Of a stretch of 39,460 nucleotides of DNA, positions 15,303-23,249 are shown piece after piece. The DNA comes from a virus. Location of the stretch: IMG/VR virus record IMGVR_UViG_3300045988_131409; one strand, written 5' to 3'. Every line of letters begins with the position of its first letter. Position 1 is the first letter of the stretch. Under the pieces are notes generated by a model, which made no database searches, was not told where the DNA came from, and saw nothing but the letters and a program-made list of their open reading frames with translations. A program made the position numbers and the translations under genes.

Positions 15303-16801
15303 ACGAACAATCCATCAGCTTCGGCAACCCCTACCTGTCCACCGGCTCCTCGTCCGTGACACACATCGCCAACGTGCCCGACGACGACATGACGGACATC
15401 ACCCGCCTACTGGAACTCTGGCGCAACAAATACCCCCGCAACCTGCTGCGCTCCGCGTTCTACGACGCCAAACAACGGTTCAACAACCTGGGCATCAGCA
15501 TCCCGAACATCGTCGCCCAGAAAGCCGGCGTCGTGGTCGGCTGGCCACAGAAAAGCGTGCGCGCGCTCGCCGACAAATCGGTGTTCGAGGGCTTCGAGAC
15601 CGCCACGGGGGCCGACAACCACGGCATCGACGAGATCATGCGCATGAACGAGCTCGAAACCGACATGAGCGAGGCCGTCATCAGCTGCTACAAGCACTCC
15701 TGCAGCTTCCTGACCATCGACTACGACCCCGCCGACAACGAGCGCATCCTCATCACCCCGCGCTCGGCCGACTGGTCCGCCGCACTATGGGACAACGAAC
15801 GCCGCCGCATCAAAGCCGCGCTGACCATCACCGACAGCGACAAATGGGGCAACATCACCGCATTCAACGCATGGCTGCCCGGCCGCAACTACGCCTGCAT
15901 GAAAACCGGATACGGGTGGGAAGCGGAACCCCAATACAACCGGCTCGACCGCGTCGCCGTGGTGCCCATCGTCTACGACAAGCAGATGGACCGCCCCTTC
16001 GGCCGCTCCCGCATCAACCGAGCCCTCATGAACCTGACCGACATGGCCATGCGCACCATGGTCCGCATGGAAGCGTCCGCCGAATTCTACTCGGTGCCAA
16101 AAATATGGTTCCTCGGCCTGAGCCGCGAATCCTTCCAACAGGACACGTGGAGCGCGCTCGTCAGCAGCATCAACGCGATCAGCCGCGACATCAACGGCGA
16201 CATCCCCGAACTCAAACAGGTCTCCCAGGCATCGATGCAACCCCACGGCGACATGCTCGAAACCATCGCCATGCTCGCCTCGGCCGAAACCGACATCCCA
16301 CCCGAACAACTCGGCATACGACTGGCCAACCCCACCAGCGCCGAAGCGCTCGCCGCCGCCGAGAACCAGCTGACGCGCACCGCGAACCGGCAGAACCGCA
16401 TGTTCTCCCGCCAGCTCCTCAACGCCATGGGCATGGCCGTCCAACTGCGCGACAACAGCCCGCAGCCGCCAGACCTGACCGGCATCCGCCCCCTGTGGGC
16501 CCCGACCCGCGAGGTGAGCGACGCCGCGAGAGCCGACTACTACACGAAGGTCGCCGGCGTGAACGGCGACTGGGCGGATTCCGACGTGGGACTGGCCAAG
16601 CTCGGACTCACGGCCGGCGAGCTCCAATCGTTCCGCGCCTACCAGCAGCGGATGAAGGCCCAACGGAACATCGACCAGCTCAAACAGCAGCGGATGAACC
16701 CGCAGGACACGGAGGCGGCTGATGGCAGCGAATCCGAAGGCCCCGCCGGAACTGCAACGGCTGCTGGACAAGGCATACAGGGACTACCAGACCGACCTTG
16801 A
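15299..16801 (+). CDS. Portal protein (SPP1 gp6-like)
   Basis: ATGA coupling to TerL, ~500 aa, conserved position. Internal start of ORF 14585..16801. Confidence 0.8.
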   Translation: MNEQSISFGNPYLSTGSSSVTHIANVPDDDMTDITRLLELWRNKYPRNLLRSAFYDAKQRFNNLGISIPNIVAQKAGVVVGWPQKSVRALADKSVFEGFETATGADNHGIDEIMRMNELETDMSEAVISCYKHSCSFLTIDYDPADNERILITPRSADWSAALWDNERRRIKAALTITDSDKWGNITAFNAWLPGRNYACMKTGYGWEAEPQYNRLDRVAVVPIVYDKQMDRPFGRSRINRALMNLTDMAMRTMVRMEASAEFYSVPKIWFLGLSRESFQQDTWSALVSSINAISRDINGDIPELKQVSQASMQPHGDMLETIAMLASAETDIPPEQLGIRLANPTSAEALAAAENQLTRTANRQNRMFSRQLLNAMGMAVQLRDNSPQPPDLTGIRPLWAPTREVSDAARADYYTKVAGVNGDWADSDVGLAKLGLTAGELQSFRAYQQRMKAQRNIDQLKQQRMNPQDTEAADGSESEGPAGTATAAGQGIQGLPDRP

Positions 16802-18008
16802 CAACCTCAGGGAGAGCGCGGCCGACGTCATCGAGAACATGGTCGACCGCGACCCCCTGAACGTCAAGGACGCGATCCGCGACTTCTCCCGAGACGCCTC
16901 CCAGCTGGCGAACGAATACTACGACACCGTGCGCGGCCTGTGGAGCGAATACGCGGGCGTCCGGCTCGACGACTTCGACCACACGCGGCTCATCGACCCC
17001 GACCGCGCCCTCTGGCAGGTGCAGGGCGGCTTCAACAACACCGACTACGCCGGCCTGACCTACACGCAGGTCAAGAACGGGCAGTCGCGCGCGGGAGCCA
17101 CGATCGACGACCTGTGGCCCGATCTGGGCAACCCAGATGACGCGATGCAGTTCGTCGCCGACATGGTCAACGCCGCCGCACGCCTGACCACCCAACGCAA
17201 CATGCGCATCGACCCGTCGAAACCACGATGGGCAAGAGTGCCGCGCGGAGCAAGGACATGCGCATTCTGCACCATGCTCGCATCACGGGGCTTCACCTAC
17301 CTGAGCGAGGACTCGGCAGGCCTGGAGATGCAATACCACCGGGACTGCGACTGCCAGATCGTCCCCAGCTGGGGCCGCCAGACACTCGCCGGATACAACC
17401 CCGAACGGCTCACCGCCATGTGGCAGGAAGCCAGCAAGGAAGGCGGCGACTACCGGGAGAAGCTCAAGCGCATGCGCCGGGACAATCCCATGGCGTTCAC
17501 GGACGGCGTCTACCCGACGCCGACCATGCCGTGGGAGCAGTCCGTCAGACTCCTGTCAATGAAGGGAGAGACCAAAGGCACGGCGGAATCCTGGTACCGG
17601 CGCCAGCTCGCCGTCGGCGTCGACCCGAGCAGGGAAATCCTCGAACGGCACGAGATCGTGTTCCTCGAGAAGTTCCAGAAGCTGGGCGAGGAATACGAGT
17701 GGATACCGAAAAGCCATGATGGCAAGCCCAGCAACGACTTCCACTGGCTGAGCCACGAATGCGACGCCGAACTGAAATCACCAGCAAGCCTGAAATACAG
17801 GAACGTGGCCCAACGCATCAACGACGCCGTCGTCGGCGGCGTCGAACAGGGCGTTGTCAAGGACGTGTTCGTACTGGACTTCGGAAGCACGAAACTGCCC
17901 GACAAGTTCGTCAACCAACTGTCGCTGTACAACGCCCGTCATGAATCCCACATCAAAGAGCTGTGGGTGTTCGACTCGGAAGGATTCCACCAAATCGTAT
18001 TGAAATAG
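16722..18008 (+). CDS. MuF-like minor head protein with an extra C-terminal nuclease/toxin-like module
   Basis: Sits right after the portal. Carries the RTCAFCTMLASRG...YHRDCDCQ cluster typical of actinophage MuF-like proteins. Residues ~303-428 form a separate module with E...D339-x10-E350-x-K352. Confidence 0.75.
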   Translation: MAANPKAPPELQRLLDKAYRDYQTDLDNLRESAADVIENMVDRDPLNVKDAIRDFSRDASQLANEYYDTVRGLWSEYAGVRLDDFDHTRLIDPDRALWQVQGGFNNTDYAGLTYTQVKNGQSRAGATIDDLWPDLGNPDDAMQFVADMVNAAARLTTQRNMRIDPSKPRWARVPRGARTCAFCTMLASRGFTYLSEDSAGLEMQYHRDCDCQIVPSWGRQTLAGYNPERLTAMWQEASKEGGDYREKLKRMRRDNPMAFTDGVYPTPTMPWEQSVRLLSMKGETKGTAESWYRRQLAVGVDPSREILERHEIVFLEKFQKLGEEYEWIPKSHDGKPSNDFHWLSHECDAELKSPASLKYRNVAQRINDAVVGGVEQGVVKDVFVLDFGSTKLPDKFVNQLSLYNARHESHIKELWVFDSEGFHQIVLK

Positions 18009-18011
18009 AAG

Positions 18012-18073
18012 AACGGGGATAACCCCCCGGATTATGTGCCGGTCTCAAGAGCCGGTTACGTGGGATCCCCGTT
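18012..18073 (+). other. Nested stem-loop element between the MuF gene and the tRNA
   Basis: AACGGGGAT (18012..18020) pairs with ATCCCCGTT (18065..18073). An inner hairpin CCGGT-CTCAAGA-GCCGG is present. Confidence 0.5.
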
Positions 18074-18091
18074 ACCTCGATTCTACCATAC

Positions 18092-18173
18092 GGCGGGTTG
18101 CCGGAGAGGCCGATCGGGGCCGACTGTAAATCGGCTGCATCACGCCACGCAGGTTCGAATCCTGCACCCGCCA
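18092..18173 (+). tRNA. tRNA-Tyr (anticodon GTA), class II long variable arm
   Basis: Manual fold. Acceptor GGCGGGT/ACCCGCC is 7 bp. D stem is CCGG/TCGG with one GU pair. Anticodon stem GCCGA/TCGGC carries loop CTGTAAA. The variable arm is 13 nt. T arm is GCAGG-TTCGAAT-CCTGC. Discriminator is A and CCA is not encoded. Confidence 0.9.
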
Positions 18174-18242
18174 CTCCACACCACCCGCACGGGTGGTTTT
18201 TACGCCCGGAACGGGCCCCATCAACCACAAAGGAGAACCATC

Positions 18243-18773
18243 ATGCACGACATGCCGCACTGGCACCGATTCCGCAACAACCTTCGTCTCATCGATTCCG
18301 GCGCAGGCGAAGGCGGCTCCGGCGACCCCGCAACGGGAGAACCGGCCGACCCCGGCGAGGACATCGACTGGAAGGCGAAGTTCGAGGAGCAGCGCGCCCA
18401 CTCGCGCAAATGGGAGCAGCGCGCCAAGGACAACAGCAAGGCCGCCGAGGAACTGCAACAGTTCAAGGACTCGCAGCTGTCCGAAGCCGAGAAGGCCGCC
18501 AAGCGCATCAAGGAACTCGAAGCCGCCAACGCCGCCTACGAGGCGGAACGACAGCAGAACGAGTGGAAGGCGCAGGTCTCCAAGGAGACCGGCGTGCCCG
18601 CCTCGCTGCTGCACGGCGACACGCTCGAGGCCATGACCGCGAACGCGAAGGCCATCGACCAGTACGCACACCCCAAGCCCAAGGGCATGCCCCACCAGGG
18701 CAAGACCCCCGACGGCAAGGCCGCCGGCGCCGACGAACGCGCATGGGCCGACGACCTGTTCTCCAACCTCTAA
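18243..18773 (+). CDS. Scaffolding protein
   Basis: AAGGAG RBS. Charged coiled-coil-like sequence (KAKFEEQRAHSRKWEQRAKDNSKAAEELQQFK) directly upstream of the capsid gene. Confidence 0.7.
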   Translation: MHDMPHWHRFRNNLRLIDSGAGEGGSGDPATGEPADPGEDIDWKAKFEEQRAHSRKWEQRAKDNSKAAEELQQFKDSQLSEAEKAAKRIKELEAANAAYEAERQQNEWKAQVSKETGVPASLLHGDTLEAMTANAKAIDQYAHPKPKGMPHQGKTPDGKAAGADERAWADDLFSNL

Positions 18774-18804
18774 ACGCAATCATCCCCCAGAAAGGAACAA
18801 CATC

Positions 18805-19701
18805 ATGGCAATGGACACCAGCAAACTCCACCTGCCCAAGACCGTCGCCACGGCCGTCGTCAACAAGGTCAAGGAGACATCGACCATCGCGGCCCTGTCC
18901 CCGAGCAGCCCGCAGATCTTCACCGACAAGGAATACATGATCTTCAACGGCGCCGCCGAGGCCGACGTGACCGCCGAAGGCCAGACCAAGAGCTCCTACG
19001 AGCAAGACCTGAACTACGTGAGCGGCAAGACGTTCAAGGTGCAGACCACCACCCGCGTCACCAGCGAGCTCAAATGGGCCGACGAGGACAACCGCTTCCA
19101 GATCATCCAGTCCATCCAGGCCGACCAGGCCGAGGCCATCGGCCGCGCCCTCGACTACGTCGTCTACCACGCCGTCAACCCCAAGACCGGCGGGCCGCTC
19201 ACCGGATTCGACGCGCTCACGGCCAGAGCCATGCAGGTCACCGCCGGAGACGACGACATCACCAACGTCGACAACCTGTCCGACCAGCTCAACGAGACCT
19301 ACGACATCAACGGCATCGCCATCAGCCGCACGTGGGCCTCCCGTCTGCGCAAGATCCGCGTACCCGCCACCGGCATGCGCTATTACCCGGAGATCCCGCT
19401 CAACCTGCAGGTCGGCACCCTCGACGGCATCAAGGCCGCCACCAGCGCCACCGTCAACGGGGCCAAGGCCAAGACACCCACCCACGTGCTCGCCATCATG
19501 GGCGATTTCAGCCTCATCAAATGGGGCATGGTGCGCGACATCACGTCCGAGATCATCCCCTACGGCGACCCCGACCAGACCGGCGTCGACCTCAAGGCCC
19601 ACAACCAGATCGCCTACCGCACCGAGGCCATGTTCTCCTACGCGGTCGTCGAACCCAAGGCGTTCGCCGTGCTCAAGACCTCCACGGAAGAAGGTGCCTG
19701 A
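18805..19701 (+). CDS. Major capsid protein
   Basis: 298 aa, follows the scaffold, strong coding signal, typical position. Confidence 0.8.
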   Translation: MAMDTSKLHLPKTVATAVVNKVKETSTIAALSPSSPQIFTDKEYMIFNGAAEADVTAEGQTKSSYEQDLNYVSGKTFKVQTTTRVTSELKWADEDNRFQIIQSIQADQAEAIGRALDYVVYHAVNPKTGGPLTGFDALTARAMQVTAGDDDITNVDNLSDQLNETYDINGIAISRTWASRLRKIRVPATGMRYYPEIPLNLQVGTLDGIKAATSATVNGAKAKTPTHVLAIMGDFSLIKWGMVRDITSEIIPYGDPDQTGVDLKAHNQIAYRTEAMFSYAVVEPKAFAVLKTSTEEGA

Positions 19702-20024
19702 TGAGCGCGTTCACCCAGGACTTCATCGTCCAGAAGACGAACAGGAAGAAGCACAAGCCGGCCGCCATGGACGTGCCGGCGCGCCTGTGGAACCCGGATG
19801 GCACCCCGTTCGCTGGCGGCTCATCAACGCCTGCGGACGGCAGTGTGACGAACGCGATGCTGGCGGGAGGCATCACCGCGGACAAACTCGCCGCGGGCGT
19901 GATCCCGACCGTCCCGAAGGCCGCGTATGTGGCCGACCCGGCCGGCGATACGCCGACGAAGGCCGAATACGTGGCCTTGCGCGACGCTCTCGTCACGGCG
20001 GGTCTCATGCGCCCAAAAGCGTGA
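19701..20024 (+). CDS. Hypothetical head-associated protein (107 aa)
   Basis: Start overlaps the capsid stop by 1 nt (capsid TGA 19699..19701; ATG 19701..19703). Internal start of ORF 19074..20024. Confidence 0.5.
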   Translation: MSAFTQDFIVQKTNRKKHKPAAMDVPARLWNPDGTPFAGGSSTPADGSVTNAMLAGGITADKLAAGVIPTVPKAAYVADPAGDTPTKAEYVALRDALVTAGLMRPKA

Positions 20025-20082
20025 CCACCGTCGACGGGGACATCACGCCCGTGCTCACCAGAATCGGATAAAGGAGGACCAT

Positions 20083-20502
20083 ATGGACCCGTCCGTTTCG
20101 TTCGCCACGCATTCCAACCTGGAAGACCGGTGGCACAAGCTGCTTCCGGAGGAGCGGGCGCAGGCGGACATCCTGCTCGCGGACGCGAGCGAGATCATCC
20201 GCAACCGCGTCCGCCCCTACCCCGAGACACATGACCCGGCGTGGTGGCTCGCGCATGAGCGCGGGCTCGAGCTCGTGTGCTGCCAGATGGTGCGCACGGC
20301 CATGGAGGCGCAGGTGTCCGGTGGACAGACCGGCGTCACCCAATCCACGGAGACGACCGGCCCGTTCTCCAGCACCTACTCGTGGCTGAGCCCCGACGGG
20401 TATCTGCGGTTCACGGACGACATGCTGCGCAACCTCGGATTGTCCGGCCAACGCATGTGGTCGATAGACATGGCGGAAGGATCGCATCATGGAGCGTGTT
20501 GA
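20083..20502 (+). CDS. Head-tail connector/adaptor (positional call)
   Basis: AAGGAGG RBS, 139 aa, located between the capsid and tail genes. Confidence 0.5.
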   Translation: MDPSVSFATHSNLEDRWHKLLPEERAQADILLADASEIIRNRVRPYPETHDPAWWLAHERGLELVCCQMVRTAMEAQVSGGQTGVTQSTETTGPFSSTYSWLSPDGYLRFTDDMLRNLGLSGQRMWSIDMAEGSHHGAC

Positions 20503-20809
20503 CGTGTACCGGGGCGCGGCCGAGGTGGATGCAGATGGGAACCCGGTGCAGGGAGAGATGCGGCATGTGGCCTCGCTGATGGGTTTCGCGGAGCCGGTGG
20601 AGACTTCGCAGTCCCCGGGCGCGGACTCGCAGGGCGTGGCCCGCCGCTACACCCTGTACTTCCGTGGTCCCGAGCCCACGGGCATCCTTGATACGGATTG
20701 CCTCGTGGTGCGCGGCAAGCCGTTGATGGTGGACGGTCCGCCGCTCGAATGGTGGAGGCACGGGCGTCATATCGGCGACGTGGTCAACGCGTTCGTCAGG
20801 GAGGGATGA
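20489..20809 (+). CDS. Head closure / head-tail joining protein (positional call)
   Basis: 106 aa, overlaps the upstream gene, typical position. Confidence 0.5.
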   Translation: MERVDVYRGAAEVDADGNPVQGEMRHVASLMGFAEPVETSQSPGADSQGVARRYTLYFRGPEPTGILDTDCLVVRGKPLMVDGPPLEWWRHGRHIGDVVNAFVREG

Positions 20810-20812
20810 ATC

Positions 20813-21058
20813 ATGGCCAAGAAAGTCAGGGTCGTATTGAACCGGAAGGCTTTCGGCACGGAGGTGCTGCACAAGGCCGTCAAGCCGGTCATGGATGACG
20901 TGCAGGAGCAGGTGGAGGGCATGGCGGCGGTGGATCCGGCGATCAAGGTGTACCGCAACGAGGACACTGACCGCACCAACGTGGTCGCCACCGCTCCGGC
21001 CGCGTTCGAACAGGCCCACGGAGTGCTGAGCCAGATGCTGGGCATGGTGGTCGTATGA
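20813..21058 (+). CDS. Neck/tail-completion protein (positional call)
   Basis: GGGAGGG RBS, 81 aa. Confidence 0.4.
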   Translation: MAKKVRVVLNRKAFGTEVLHKAVKPVMDDVQEQVEGMAAVDPAIKVYRNEDTDRTNVVATAPAAFEQAHGVLSQMLGMVVV

Positions 21059-21459
21059 GCGTCATCCGGCCACCCGTCCGTCCCCGGCGCGTGGAACCCG
21101 TGCTGCTCGAACGTCTGCGCGACCGGTTCCATGACGTTGAGTTCGGCACCGTCCGCAACCGGGGCAATCCGTCCAGGGAATGCGTGCTGGTCGCCGTGCC
21201 GGGCCAGAAGGCCACCCCCGTCAGCCAGCAGGCGCGTTTGCGCATCTCCGTGTGGGTGCGCCGCGACGACGGGACCGGCGACATCGACGCCGCGCAGAAC
21301 CTCGCCGCCGACATCGAACTGTATCTGACCGGCCTGTATCCGCCACGGCCGGTCGTCACCATCGACCACGAGTCGGGGCCGATCCGCATGAGCGACGAGA
21401 ACGGCTGCCTCATGGCGTACCTCACGCTCCTGCTCACCGTCGAAACCAACCAAGCATAA
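21055..21459 (+). CDS. Tail terminator-like protein (positional call)
   Basis: 134 aa, coupled, immediately before the major tail gene. Confidence 0.45.
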   Translation: MSVIRPPVRPRRVEPVLLERLRDRFHDVEFGTVRNRGNPSRECVLVAVPGQKATPVSQQARLRISVWVRRDDGTGDIDAAQNLAADIELYLTGLYPPRPVVTIDHESGPIRMSDENGCLMAYLTLLLTVETNQA

Positions 21460-21480
21460 TCATCGAAAGGCGTATGGCAA

Positions 21481-22341
21481 ATGGCCACAGACACTTCGTA
21501 CATCACCAGCGGCAACCGCGCCGACCTGGTCAAACTCATCAAGGACTACGCGCTCTTCCTGTGGAAGCTCGACGATCCAAACATCCCCGAGATGCCGGAC
21601 TCCGAGAAATGGACGCCGCCGGAGGGCAAGAAGCCTGTCGGCTACAACAGCGAGGACGGCGCGGTACTGCACCCCGAGCCGGGCGACGAGACCGAGATCA
21701 AGGGCCACAACGGCGACATCGTGGTCTCCGAACAGGAGCCCGGCTACTGGACCCTGCAGATACCCGGCATCGAATGCCGTCAGGACATCGCCGAAGCCTA
21801 CTTCGGCGTCAAGGCCGACACCGACGGCAACTTCCATGTCAGGGACGCGGCCACGAACATCGAATACATGGCCGTGCTCGCATGCCTCGACCAGTACGGC
21901 AACCCCATCGTGCTGCCCATCGGCAAATGCAAGGTCTCCGACCGCGACGACATGACCCTCGTATCCACGGAGGTCGTGACCTTCAACGTCACGTTCAAGA
22001 TGTTCAAGGCCTCGGACGGCTACATGTTCCACGTCTATGGTCTGCTCGCGGCCGAGAAGGCCGGACTGGCCACCAAGGTCGACTCGCTGGCCGCCACCCC
22101 GAACACGCTGACCGTCGCCGCCGGCCGCACCGCGACGTTCAACGTGACCGTCTCCCCGGCGAACGCCAAGGGCTGGACCATCACCGCCACAAGCGGCGAC
22201 ACCGCGAAGGCCACCGCCACCGTCAACGACAACACCGTCACCGTGACCGGCAAGGCCGCCACCGCAACCGGCAAACCCGTCACCATCACCGCCACCGCCG
22301 GCGGCAAGAACGTGACCGTGCCCGTCACCGTCACCGCCTGA
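21481..22341 (+). CDS. Major tail protein with a C-terminal Ig-like (Big_2-type) domain
   Basis: Position before the chaperone pair. The C-terminus LTVAAGRTATFNVTVSPANAKGWTITATSGDTAKATATVNDNTVTVTGK is Big_2-like. Confidence 0.75.
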   Translation: MATDTSYITSGNRADLVKLIKDYALFLWKLDDPNIPEMPDSEKWTPPEGKKPVGYNSEDGAVLHPEPGDETEIKGHNGDIVVSEQEPGYWTLQIPGIECRQDIAEAYFGVKADTDGNFHVRDAATNIEYMAVLACLDQYGNPIVLPIGKCKVSDRDDMTLVSTEVVTFNVTFKMFKASDGYMFHVYGLLAAEKAGLATKVDSLAATPNTLTVAAGRTATFNVTVSPANAKGWTITATSGDTAKATATVNDNTVTVTGKAATATGKPVTITATAGGKNVTVPVTVTA

Positions 22342-22437
22342 CCCTGACATTCTTCCCCGCCCGCACCGATGGCGGTCCCTGCGGACGGGGAACCCCACCC
22401 ACCAGACCGCCGCACACACTTTTTTCAGGAGACCGCC

Positions 22438-22827
22438 ATGAGCGCAGAAAACAAGACCATCGAAATCGAACCCGACATCAACACCGACGCCGAACAGCAG
22501 CCCGACGTATGCCTCAGCCTCAAGGGACTCGACACCGAAGTCACACTCCCCAACCTCAACTCCGCCGACCTGCCCATCGAACTGGTCAACGTCGTGCTCA
22601 TCGTCAAAAGCAAGGTCGTCCTCTCCGAGGAGGAGACGTTCCACGCCACCGCCGTGTTCCTCGCCTACCTGCAGGAAATGCAGCCGACCCTGTGGAACAA
22701 GCTGCGGAAGGCCGGCAACCCGCTCGGCTGGATCAGCGCCATCGTCAAAGGCTGGGCCGAAGGCTCGGGCCTCGACCCAAAATCGTTTACCTCCTCATCC
22801 TCCATCAACAGCATCACTCGGCGCTGA
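22438..22827 (+). CDS. Tail assembly chaperone (G-like, short product)
   Basis: Lies between the major tail and tape measure genes. The slippery heptamer is near its 3' end. Confidence 0.75.
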   Translation: MSAENKTIEIEPDINTDAEQQPDVCLSLKGLDTEVTLPNLNSADLPIELVNVVLIVKSKVVLSEEETFHATAVFLAYLQEMQPTLWNKLRKAGNPLGWISAIVKGWAEGSGLDPKSFTSSSSINSITRR

Positions 22828-23204
22828 CCGCCGACTGGCTGACCCGCTACCGGCGCGTCTGGAAGCCATGCCACCTCAACGCATGGCTCGACGCGCCAGC
22901 CGGCCGCAAACCATCCGGCAACCTCGACTATGAGAGCGCATGGGCGCTCACCCGCGAAATCCTGCGCGACCACACCTCCAACAGCTTCGCCGCACTCGCC
23001 GGATGGTCATACACGCCCACCGGAGCGGAAATCGCGCTCTGGGACCAGATGGAACTCGAAGGCCGACTCAAACGCAAAGGCTACCGGCCATGGGCCGACC
23101 GGAGAACCGACCCGTTCCGCCGACCGGCCACGGAAACCCACGCCGATTATGAGGCGCGCATGGCCCGCCGCAAACGCCTCAACGACCACTACCACATCGA
23201 ATGA
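22438..23204 (+). CDS. Tail assembly chaperone, -1 frameshift fusion (GT-like)
   Basis: After CCCAAAA the -1 frame stays open and protein-like (PKIVYLLILHQQHHSALTADWLTRYRRVWKP...) to 23204. I checked frame arithmetic on both sides. Confidence 0.7.
22776..22782 (+). promoter_or_regulatory. Programmed -1 ribosomal frameshift heptamer C.CCA.AAA
   Basis: X.XXY.YYZ pattern in the zero frame of the chaperone gene. Confidence 0.7.
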
Positions 23205-23249
23205 CCCCGACCGCCATCGGGGCCTCCCAACCACACAGGAGAAGCCCCG

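Noticed and set aside
18012-18073. Possible second tRNA (inner hairpin with the 7-nt loop CTCAAGA, anticodon-like CAA).
   Set aside because: It is only ~62 nt with no D arm, T arm or GTTCRA box. It is better explained as a terminator or processing hairpin.
17953-18228. The 91-aa minus-strand ORF between the MuF and scaffold genes as the missing immunity gene.
   Set aside because: It is exactly antisense to the tRNA and the hairpin, has no RBS, and is Gly/Arg/Pro-rich. It is considered spurious.
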